Positions 49,809 to 60,800 of a stretch of 64,000 nt of DNA are shown here, piece after piece. Made by a program: the position numbers and the translations under genes. Source of the DNA: Marsupella aquatica (Eukaryota > Plantae > Marchantiophyta); assembly GCA_973895155.1 (NCBI GenBank), contig OZ316894.1, positions 619,968 to 683,967 of the forward strand, read 5' to 3'. Numbering within the stretch: the stretch's first letter is position 1; each line of letters opens with the position of its first letter. The notes beneath the pieces are model-generated. The model was not told the DNA's origin. It saw nothing but the letters and a program-made list of their open reading frames with translations, and did no database searches.

Positions 49809-51965
49809 TGTCACGTCGTAGGCTTCGGCCTTAACTCAGACTTCAGCTTAGACGGGCACATCCCTCGTAAATCTGAGGGTTCGGGCAGGAAGGGAAGCAC
49901 GTAATGCACCTTATTCTCGTAAACTAGCGCTAAGTGCGCATACTGCTAAATACGGACACCTCCTAGGTATGGTTTGTGTTCCGCCGCCGGAACGTACCCT
50001 AGTCGATAGCAGGATCGACCCCGGCTTAAGGGCTTCTAAGCCTTCGTGCTGTCCGCCTTCGATCCGGATTCGATGATACAGGTCCTCAACCCGTGCTCGC
50101 AACCACTTACCCGCAGGCTGCACCCTGTGCACGTCTCGGGTAGTGCGTTCGGCCCGGCGCTGCCACCCATATACGAGAAACCCACACACATATGCGCACA
50201 CATGCATACAATCTCGATTTACACGAAGGAAAAATGATGGGAAAGGATTTTTACTACAAAGGGAACATATGCGTACACTTAGTTGACACGACAGCCCTGG
50301 AATGCACAGGTTCAAGGCCAAGGGTGCACACTACAACGGAGCCCGGCTCCGCACTCGCCCGGCAAGCTTAGTCCTACCCCCTCCCCTTGGTACTCTGTCA
50401 TTCCCAGAGGTCGGGACTCCCCGCATGTCCCGCGGATGTCCGACTCTGAAACTAAAAACCCCCCCTGCCTCTACCGAGGGGTGCACTAAATACTAAGAGC
50501 CGAGGAACGGGGTGTCCTCCCGCCGAAGATTCGCTGACCAAGGTCCTAACTAAGCTGACAGTCAGGCCGGAAAACGCTGTGTCTTATTAGAAGATCCTAA
50601 TCTACGCAGGCTGGACAGCAGGGCAGCGCTGCCGTACCTAAGGCAGGTGCCTGTCCCAAGAGCCTGACTAAGCCAATCCTAATCCTAATCTATTCCTACT
50701 CCGCCGCTAATGCCTGGCACGCTTGCCAGAGCCGCCCGAATGGGAACGGCCATCCCGCTGCCTTCGAAGCCTGTCATTGTCCGCTTTGAGGAGCTGGACC
50801 TGGTCCAGCAGAGATTCGTTCTCTCGCCTCGCTGCATCCGTCTCCTCTGCTGCCTCCTGACATGCCTCCTCCAGCTGCTGGGCGTCGCTCGCCAGTTTAC
50901 TCGCCAGCTGGTCCTTCTTCTCGGCCTCGGTTTGGAGCCGCGCCATCTCGGCCTGCAGCGTGGCTATCTCCGTCGCGTCCCGCTGGGCTCGCTCCTCGGC
51001 CTCCTCCAGGTCTTTCTGCCAGGTGACAGCTTGTTTCTTCAAACTGTCAATCTGGTTCCGGAGTCGTGTAATCTCGGCCTCGTTCCCAGCTTTGGCCTGT
51101 TCGGCTAGGGCGGTAAGAGCGTACGCCTTTGCTAACAACTCATCGGCGGCTGCAACCTTGGGTCGTAGTTGCAGAAGCTCAGCCTCTTGAGTCGCCACTT
51201 CGTTCTTTAGGTACACGGACTCCACCCGGTACCGCTCTATCCTCTGAAGGGCCTCCGACTGGGCCCGCCCTGCCTTTACGGCGGCAACCAACTCCTGATT
51301 GAAGAAACAGGCTACCTTCCGAGCCATGAACTCCCCGGTATCCCGGGCAATTTGATGAGAGAAATCTCCCAGAAGCCCGTTCAGAAACGTACCCTGTACG
51401 AAGAGTTTCGGGTGGTCCAAGTTGTGCCTGTCCGGATTTGGGCACGGGCAGACATCAACACGCGCAGGGGCCGGGGCGGCCACGGTCACCATGTTGTCTG
51501 CTGGGGCCGCTCCTGGGGTCAGAGCAGGGGGTGGGGACGATATAGTGTCGGCCCCCCGAGCGCTTGTTCCTCTGGGCTGCCTGGTCAAGGGTGGGGTAGC
51601 CTCGTCGTCATCGCTAAGATCCACAGTGTTGATGACGGAGCGTACCTGTGCTGGCTGGGTGATAGGTGGTGGGGTTTGGCTAGGCTGCGGCTGAGGCTGA
51701 AGCTGAAGCTGAGGTTGCATGGGCACGGGTACGGGTACGGGTCCGGCTGAGTTGGTCATGTTGGTTGATGGCCGAGTTCCCATGAAGCTCTGTAGGTGCT
51801 GGTAGAAGTTCTCCGAAGCGAGTGCGGACGCCCTTGTCGAACGGTTGGTACTGGACTCGCCGTTAATGACTGCCCGAACCGGTGGCAATTCCGGAGAACC
51901 GGACATCGCTGCAGGAGGACACTCCGGCCCCTTCCAACGTTATGTCCCCAGGGCTGGACGTCACT
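49809..51965 (-). mobile_element. Family A copy A2 (inverted relative to A1, other end lost at a rearrangement)
   Basis: Begins TGTCACGTCG and is the reverse complement of 1-1615 with few differences. Confidence 0.88.
50707..51906 (-). CDS. Family A 399-aa protein (Pro/Gln-rich N-terminus, coiled-coil C-terminus)
   Basis: Uninterrupted ATG-initiated ORF, conserved in A1. Confidence 0.7.
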   Translation of the reverse strand: MSGSPELPPVRAVINGESSTNRSTRASALASENFYQHLQSFMGTRPSTNMTNSAGPVPVPVPMQPQLQLQPQPQPSQTPPPITQPAQVRSVINTVDLSDDDEATPPLTRQPRGTSARGADTISSPPPALTPGAAPADNMVTVAAPAPARVDVCPCPNPDRHNLDHPKLFVQGTFLNGLLGDFSHQIARDTGEFMARKVACFFNQELVAAVKAGRAQSEALQRIERYRVESVYLKNEVATQEAELLQLRPKVAAADELLAKAYALTALAEQAKAGNEAEITRLRNQIDSLKKQAVTWQKDLEEAEERAQRDATEIATLQAEMARLQTEAEKKDQLASKLASDAQQLEEACQEAAEETDAARRENESLLDQVQLLKADNDRLRRQRDGRSHSGGSGKRARH

Positions 51966-52188
51966 GCCCCGGCCCCTGCGCGTGTTGATGTCTGCCCGTG
52001 CCCAAATCCGGACAGGCACAACTTGGACCACCCGAAACTCTTCGTACAGGGTACGTTTCTGAACGGGCTTCTGGGAGATTTCTCTCATCAAATTGCCCGG
52101 GATACCGGGGAGTTCATGGCTCGGAAGGTAGCCTGTTTCTTCAATCAGGAGTTGGTTGCCGCCGTAAAGGCAGGGCGGGCCCAGTCGG
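51255..52188. repeat. 223-bp inverted duplication (arms 51255-51477 and 51966-52188)
   Basis: Arms appear to be exact reverse complements and share the A2-specific CCCGAAACTC allele (A1 has CCCGGAACTC). Confidence 0.88.
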
Positions 52189-52346
52189 CTTGGTATGGCC
52201 TGCCGGCCTAGAGTGCAGTAAAGCTCTTGTGTGTTCCCGTGGACATAGCCTCATGTGGAGGTGAACCACATATCTCTCTGTGTCGACTCTTGTGCGTTGG
52301 ATGGTTCATGGGCTTGCCATTACGAATATTGTCTATGCTCAACAAG

Positions 52347-52358
52347 TGGTATCAGAGC
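52347..52358 (+). promoter_or_regulatory. Primer-binding site for initiator tRNA-Met
   Basis: TGGTATCAGAGC lies 2 nt after CAACA. Confidence 0.85.
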
Positions 52359-54031
52359 ATGCCTGGGAGGTGACGAGGTTTTTTCGTGATGGGTTTTTCC
52401 AGCGTTCATTGTCGGTGCCACATTCAGAGTTTCATTGCATGAAACTCGAATGTGTGTGGCTGAGTGGATAGGTTAGTGAGAGGGCTTTCTAACGGTGGTT
52501 AGAACTTGCTGATCGGTATCCGTGGTGCGGAGGAATTGAAGTTTGCGTCGTTTAGGTTTTATTCATGTTCGACGGGTTTTTGGGGAGAGACCAGAGTTTG
52601 CATTTTTCAATGGTGTAAGTTGTGCGGTGCGGGAGGGATCGCACATTATAGCTCATATTGAAGGTTGAAGCAAGCTGGTCGTTTCGGTAGCTGGATTGCT
52701 GCCGAGTTGTTACCAAGTGAGACGTGACAAGTGACGGAGGCGTTCAGGTTTTTTCACAAGCTATGGAGCTTGTTCCCATCTGAACCAGGTTTCTCTTCGT
52801 GATGTCTGACTCGGTGGAAGAAACGTGAAGTGCTATGGCTCAACGGTTTGATCACGGCGAGGCGGTCATTTTGAGCCCGAGATTGGCACTTGACGCGGAG
52901 TGAAGGCAACGCGGCAAAAATTGTTTACTCAGCTAGAGCTGCAGACTATGCCGGTGCAATTCGACAACATTTCCCATCGTCGACGTTCATTTTACTCGTG
53001 AGAAACGGCGGCAATTAAGGTGTGAAATTGTTATTTTTTCTTGCGGGTCTATTTTTGTTTTTTAAAGGGGTTTAAACACACCCTTTTGTGTGTATATTGT
53101 GTGTATACACACACAGTATGTAGTTTGCTATGAAGAACCAAAAACACACTTAAAGGTCTTCAAACTCAGTATTCATTCCCGTAAAGAACAAGATGGGGTT
53201 GATTTGATAGGTTTAAACAATAATAATAGATTTAAGATGTTTCTCAAACATATAGTAATCAGATTTGATTACTTCATTAAGGTATTTCGAAGATCGCTCC
53301 ACAGCGGTGAGTGGTTTTCAATGACAACTCAGCATCGTGTAAACATAAATTAACAAAAGAAAATGATTAACAAAACACAAGGAAAAATATCTTAAAGTAT
53401 GCTAAGGGAGTCTAGAATAGACCAAGGTTGCTCCTTAGACATAAGTCAAAATGAAAAAACTTAGGATTTAAATCCATATTTGCTTTTCAGATCTAAACTG
53501 CTTACTAGAGTACTCTTTTAAAATGCCGTCAACACGTCTTATCCTTTCTTTCTAAGTGGTACTTAGATAAGATCTAAAAGGTAGCTACTTCAACATTTAG
53601 ATGGTACTAAGCAACATGAAAGAAAATCCATCAATTTCAAGACTTAAACTCAGTGAGTCAACTTCAAGAACTCAAGAAATTTGTAATGAGTCACCACTAA
53701 GGAATCTGTCATTACAACTTCAGAAGATTTGCACGTATGCAATTTTACTTCCTATGATTTATTCAAAGGATTAAACCACAAGAAGGAGGAAAATCTTCTC
53801 TTGGTGTCAAGCTTGATCTCGAACTCTTAACATTCATGATCAACTAGCAGAAAACCAAGGGGAGGCAAAAATTGCTAAACTTTACCATAAACTACACTAG
53901 TGGTAGAGCTATCTTATAGTCAAAATCTACCGAGTGAGAGGTCACAGGGTCGAAGAGACATGCCTCTTCATACCCTTCAAAAAGTTAAAATGGCGATTTA
54001 GTAAGTGAAAAGCCGGAAAAATTGGCTAAGT

Positions 54032-54135
54032 GTAAACTCGTAAACTCGTAAAAACGTAAAGTCGTAAAGACGTAAACTTGTAAAGTCATTAACTCGTAAC
54101 TCGTAATCGCGGTAAAGTAAAGACTTAGTAAACTC
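54032..54135. repeat. Degenerate GTAAACTC short-period repeat block (second block at ~56700-56810)
   Basis: GTAAACTCGTAAACTCGTAAAAACGTAAAGTCGTAAAGACGTAAACTTGTAAAGTC. Confidence 0.6.
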
Positions 54136-54236
54136 AACTATTTTTAACTTCCTAAATATGAGTCAGAAAATGCTGAGATTTTGCCAGCAGGCATTCCTAA
54201 GTTCAGACTATATGCTAAAGAAATATGATAGCTTTT

Positions 54237-56246
54237 CCTTGGAATTGATTTTTATATAAAAAGTTTTAACCCGCGAAAAACCCCACGGGCAGGGCAAACA
54301 AGCCTCACGGCAAAACAAGACAACCCCCGCTTGGGGGGGGGACACAAGGGGCACAGAAGAGAAGCCGTCACCAAGACAAACCAAAACCAGCAAGTCAGGA
54401 GAGAATAGCAATAGCAAATGAGAAGAGGGGGTCCCATGTAAGGACCACAACTACGACCTAATCACGCTTTCTAATCCAATTGTGAGCACAAGGTCATCCA
54501 CCAGTGGAAATACAGCCCCTACCATCACTGAGCCAGAGCCTACGTAAACTGTCAATCCTAGCTTTCGCCCGGCACAACCGGGTGTTCTTTCTACCAGGGG
54601 GTGAGCATCTGCTCACAGCATTCAAGCTCTCAGCAGCCTCAGAAAGCACTAGGCCCATATCAAATGTACGTCTACCACCTGCACTGAACATATGGGAGTT
54701 TCTGCCTAGCCACAACATCCATAAAATCTGTTGCAAGACAAATAGTTTGGCAATCTGCTCAGGGTCCCCCCATAAGCAGAGTCCAACAAAGTCAGCAGCC
54801 CCTGTCCGATTGGTAAGCCCAGCTCACGTAAGAAGCAGTGGCATAGTCCCCAGCACCTCACAACAAATGCACACCCAAAGAACATGTGGGGGATGGTCTC
54901 TAAGGTACCGCTACACACTTTGCAATCACCATTGCTCACACCAATTCTAAGTGCCCTAGCCCCCGTGAATAGACCCCCAACAATAATTCTCCAGATGAAT
55001 GTCTTGCCCCTGGTTGGCAGGTTAGAGCCCCACAGTCTAGACCACCCCAAGTTCCATCTCAATTCAGGTCGAGAAATGGACCAGATCCGATTAAGGCGAC
55101 CGTGAGTTGAGCTTTTGGGCCGCAGGAATTCATAAACATGACAGTTCTCCACCCTGAAATCCTTCAACTTCTCCGTTTTGTCAGCCCACCTCCACTGTTT
55201 GGCATATAGGTAAAAGTCAGTCCTACATTCATTGGTGTTCCACAAGTATTCTAGGAATGAGTGTGCAAGTGCTCGGTGCTCAGTAGTGAAACCCCGCAAG
55301 CTGTGCCATCTCATTGGGAGGTCCTTCCAGGCTCCATCCTCCAAAGACCATCCGTCCCCAATAGATCTCATTCCTAGTCTACCAAAAATGGTAGCAACCC
55401 CAACAATGGCCTCATTCGAAAGGGAGTGAAATCCTGCAAGGCAATGTAAGGTGTCATAGATGCTCCATCGCGCCGGTACCCCAAGCCTGCCAGGCTCAAA
55501 TGACAGGTGTGCTCTGAGCATCGTCCAGCTCCTCCATAGACCACTCGTATATGGAAGGCCACTATATGACCTCGGTGTACACAGTAATAGCTGGTCTTGA
55601 AAGGAATATCGGTTTCGTCTGATCACTTTGTAGTTCATCCATCCCATCAGAGCCAGATTTGCAGCAAGCATTCTAGACCATTCTAGGTCCGGGGAGTTAA
55701 GTGCTTTAGTGAACCATTGGGAGAGCAGTGCATCTAAGTGACTTCTGAAGTCTTTAAATCCCAGACCCCTTCCACCCTAGGAAGTGCCAACCTTTCCCAG
55801 GCCACCAGGGGGATCTTCCTTCCCCCTGTGGCATTGTATCCCCATAAGAAGTCTCGACTAAGAGCAATCAACTTCTTAGCCAGACTAGCAGAGGCTTTAC
55901 AGTACATCACATGATATATAGGAATTGCTTGCAAAATATGCTTAACCAAAAGGGTTCTACCTGTGAATGACAACAGCTTGTTAACCCAAGCAGAAAGACG
56001 AGAGCTGATCTTGTCTAAATAGAATTTATGTAGCTGTTCTGTCTGCAGCCCCACCCCAATTGGAGCGCCCAAGTACTTCTGGACCTCACCTCTCAGGCTG
56101 ATAATACATCCAGTGTTAGTTAGCCACCTCGGAATTTTCTCTAAGGCCAATGGAATAACCACTGATTTCTCAAGATTCAGTTTGGCGCCGCTGGCAGTCT
56201 TGTAACATTGTAGTGCCAACCTTACAGTATCCTCAAAGTCCTTCTC
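54237..56246 (-). mobile_element. 5'-truncated L1-like LINE related to 42999-46805
   Basis: 18-bp TSD AGAAATATGATAGCTTTT at 54219-54236 and 56247-56264. ORFs 55734..56219, 54706..55671 and 54494..54736 are homologous to the C-terminus of the first LINE. Confidence 0.92.
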
Positions 56247-57843
56247 AGAAATATGATAGCTTTTAAAGCTCTAGAACATATTTATAAAAATCAGATAAGA
56301 TGCACTACTCCTAAAACTTAACTAAAAATACTTGGAAGATTTCTTCAAGCTTGCTGTCGGATGTCTTCTGGTTCGAGTAACTCCACAAGGGTAATAGTCC
56401 GATTTTGTGTAACCTCCATGAGTTTGGCTTGACGTGGTGATCCTCGAGAGTAGGGTAGGCATCTCAGTTGCCTCTCAGGATACATCAGAGGCATTTTCCT
56501 CATTAAGTAACATGAATCTATACGAAGTGCCTCTCGGTAAATGCCAATCACATCATAGTGATTGCAGGTAGCAACGTAAACCTATATCATGCATTCCTTC
56601 CCTTTCAAGGTGCGCTCTTCTTTCGTTGTGGAGTCCCGTTAAACTAGCCATAAGATGTCGCGATCACAGGGTTGCCAACTCGTAAGGCGATAACTCTTAG
56701 TCCTAACTCATAAACCCGTAAATCGTATACTCGTAAACTAGTAAACTCGTAACTAGTAACTAGTAACTAGTAAACTCGTAAACAGGAGTTTACTTGTAAA
56801 CTTAAACTTGGGAACCCGTAACCTGTAGAACAGAATGCTATCTCCGCTATGTTAGCAATAATTATAGTCTAAACACCATAAAAAATTTAAAAATTTTCAG
56901 TTTCTTCCTACTTTTGGAATTACCCACTACTTACACAGTATACCCCCGGCCTCGCATACCCGTTAATTTTCCCCCCCCGCCTGCATATTTTTTCCTCGCC
57001 GCAACGACCACCACAGCGCCGGCCGGCGCATTTGCAGTCGCCCGGCTACTATCGCTCTTCGGCCTCCCGCTTACCGGGCCTGCAACCCGTGGGCTGTAGC
57101 CCCGACCGCATCCCCCCATAAGGCCCCTTTAACCCCCACGACCACTTAGACAGCCAGCGACCTCCTTAGCTAGGCCGGCCCTGCCGAGTCAGGACTCGTC
57201 CCCTCCCCTTGCCTCGTGTAACTCCCATAACGCTTTCGTAACACCCCCGACCATACTAACTCATACGCGGCTGCGTATGCAGCCGCCAGAATACTGTCAG
57301 GGCATATGGGGGGTATTTTTCTTTTTAAAGGGCATTTGGACCCCCTTAAGGCCCTATTTTAAGCCATTTTCTTTCCTCTTGCTTTTCCTCTTGTGCCGGG
57401 ACCGGTGACCCTCCGTTTAACCACTCCAACAAGGGGAATGGCCCCCTGTGAGACCTGTCGGACTGTGCGGGAATATTCCCAAAAAACAGAGAGCTATTTT
57501 TTGGCCGTCCGACAAAGATTCTGTCCGCCAAACAATAATTTTTTTGGTTCTTTTTCGGCGAGGACGTAGCCATTGAAGTTGGCAATGCGGCGCACCGGTC
57601 ACATTGCAATTCCGATGACGGGTTGTAGTTGGTATTTTGGTTATTCCCCAAGGTGGTCAAAATGGGGGAGTTTCCTAAGGTTTTACCCACCCCGACCAAA
57701 ATTTGAATAACTTTTCCGTCAAATTTTGATTTTGATTTTGGCTTTCAGTATTGGACTCCTAGCTTCGTGGGCTACGCGGCGGTGTTGAGTTTTGAGTTTT
57801 ATGAGAAGTTTTTAAAAAAATTGTTTTTTCGTGATTGTTTCAT

Positions 57844-60800
57844 ATGAGTGACTCGGAGGATACTGGAAGAATTGGCATCGGTGGAGCTTCAAGAACGCGA
57901 TGGTCAAACGAGGAGTTTGAGGAGGAGCTGCTACCGTTTGAGGAAGAACTAGTGTCACCGGTACGATCACCGGTACGGCGTGCAGTGGAGGAAGCTGTAC
58001 TACTACCAAAGCTGTCGGTAGTAGGAAAGAAGAGGGAGATGGCTAGATTTGGAGGAGTGAAGTTTGAGGTGGAGAAGTACGATAGTCGTACTGATTACTT
58101 GCTATGGGAGAAGCAAGTGAAGGGTGTTTTTCGGGCCATGGGCTTAGCTCATCTGCTCTCTTCGCGAGAGCAGTATGATGGAGAAGAGGAGATCTCAGAG
58201 AAGTAGTGGAGACAGGAGCAGGTGATTGCTGTCAATGTAGTGATGCTTTATCTCAAGCCGCACATCATCAAGCAGCTGGATGATTATGCGGATTGCGCGT
58301 CACTATTCAAGGCTCTAAGAGAGAAGTACTACCAGGAAGATGTGTCAGACCGGCTGTACAAGAAGTCTCTCTTGATGAGCCTCAGGCTCAAGGAAGGGAG
58401 CAAGATGCAAGATCACCTGGATGAGTTTGATAGTCTAGCGGTGGATCTGTCAAACCTGGGAAAAGGAGTTGAAGATGAGGATAAGGCCTTGCTTCTGCTA
58501 AGCTCCTTACCGCCGTCATATCAGGGCTTGAAACAGGTGCTCTTGTACAGAGATTTGAAGTCTGAGAGATTTTGTACTGTTTGATGATGCTCAAAAAGAA
58601 GCTGGGTCAATCACAAACAACATCTTCTTCTGGCACTGCGCTGAATGTGAACCGTGGGAGAGCAGCGCAACGCTCAAATGGGCAGAATAGGGTTAGATCT
58701 ACATCACGGGGGAGATCTAAATCCAGAGGGAAATCGCAAGAGAGGAAGCCTCTTGCATGTTGGAATTGTGGCAAGCCTGGCCACATAAAAAGGGATTGTC
58801 GAGTAAAGAACCCTACTGCATATTCTAACGCGACATCGAGCTCGCATGAGGTAGATTTGCTTGATGATGATGACATATTATGATGCCAAGGGTATGCTCT
58901 CAACGTAGTGTCAAATCCAGGTAGTGATGACTGGATTCTAGATAGTGCATGTACTTTTCACATTTGCTCTAGGAGAGATTTTTTCAGTTCTTACACGGTT
59001 TCTAACGGGTTAGTGTTGATGGGAAATGGAATCCCATGTCAAGTTGTTGGACTTGGATCTGTAAAATTTTAGATGTTTGATGATGTTGTAAGAACGTTGA
59101 GGAATGTGAGACATATTCCCAACATGATGAAAAATCTCATTTCACTTGGAGTTTTAGAAGCAAATGGCCATCAGTGGAGTTCTGCTAATGGTGTCTTTCA
59201 GGTTTCAACTGGTACTAAAGTTGTATTGAAGGGAAAGAGACATAGCAATCTATACGTTTTGGAGGGCAGTGTAGTCTATGATGAAACCAATGTAACCTTA
59301 TCTCATGAGGAGACGGCCCGGCTGTGGCTGTAATACAGTACATTAGTTAGAAATGATAGAAAAATTATAAAATTTGAACTTTTTCTAACTCAATGGTGCA
59401 GTATAGCTACCTTTTGTAACCATTTAGATTGACTGGACACTTTACCTAATACCATGCTACACCAGAGACTACTTCCTATTCTGGATCTTGAACGACAACG
59501 GAAGTCTTTACCTTTCTATCGGCATCACACTCAAGACATGGATGTAATTCGAGAAGCTATGCAAGAGAATACCTACACAAGAGTTCAGCAACCAGATCAG
59601 ATAGCACTACTCTAACAAGATTAGTTCTCCTACGACAATAGTTAAGATCAACCGATCTGTGCAATTTTAATTAAATAGTTAAAGTAGTTAGAAAAGTCTC
59701 ATACTTTTCCAGAAAGTAGCCCTTATGTAGCAAACCCTCCCCTGAAAGTATCAGCCGAAACCGACATGTCAGTTAGAAGTTATAGAATTTTTAGTTTTGC
59801 AGTAGCGTGAGTGCGCAAAGGCGCAACGGCGCAACGACGTTTTTAACACTTAGAAAATTTTCCGGAAACAATGTATTTTATATCCAACAGCACTTTTCAC
59901 CTATTTTATTAAGGCACTTAGACACCTCAAAAAAGTCTAAAATTTTGCCAGCATGTAACATGTATGTAAACCTTCCACCTAGAAAAGTTTCACCCTATGT
60001 TAACTTTTATGTTAGAAATTAAACTTAAGATAAAGTTGATATTTGTTAGTTTTACCACAAAAGTGCAAAAACACTTTTACTCCAGCTTACACTAGGGATA
60101 ACTTTTGGTTAGTTTTTGATTTCAGGAGCATTCTAGTGGACCTTAAGTACTCCTGTAGCATATTTCATACTTTTTACTTTAGTTTATGACCCTTAAGATA
60201 TGAAAGGGCATATCCTTTTATTCTCTCTTTTCCTTTTAGCTCCTGCTAGCCTATATGTAGTTGAATTTCTGTCACTTTTAGTGTGAAGAAATTTCATGAG
60301 GGCTTAGTTGCAAGTCTGCAACTTTGTTACCTCCATTTGTAGCAAGCACTCTATGTTGTTGATGAGTACTTAATACAGAGGATTTCTTCCCCTTCCTTGT
60401 GTTCGAATGTTGAGATTTCAGACCATAGAAGTAAAACTTTGTGATTGATGAATCTTTTGAATGTGTGGAGATAGATTCCTTAATTGGTGAAGGCTACACA
60501 TTCTTGAGTTCTTGATGCATATGTTTTTGGCATAACATTGCTTGTGCACGAGGTGCAAAGAATGTTATCACCCAATTACCTATGACTTTAAGTTGTTGAC
60601 GATGGTGCTTGATATTCGTGACTCAAAGTATCGATTGGATGCTGAAGTGATTGGTTGTTAATCCTAACTTAGTACCTTGGAAGGAAAGGTTAAGATGTGT
60701 TGACGGCACTTTAATAAACCACCCTAGTAAAGCATTCTATTCCAAAAATGTCATTGCGGATTTCTCACCTTAAATCATCTCAAATTAAGGGATGTTGAGA

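Larger units (their letters stand above)
53119..56935. mobile_element. Solo LTR (~1.8 kb net) in the copia leader, containing a LINE
   Basis: TGTAG...TTACA termini; TSD CAGTA at 53114-53118 and 56936-56940. Confidence 0.75.

Noticed and set aside
56667-56851. hAT-type MITE (CAGGGTT..AACTCGTA repeats)
   Set aside because: No matching TIR pair or 8-bp TSD; treated as internal repeats of the solo LTR.
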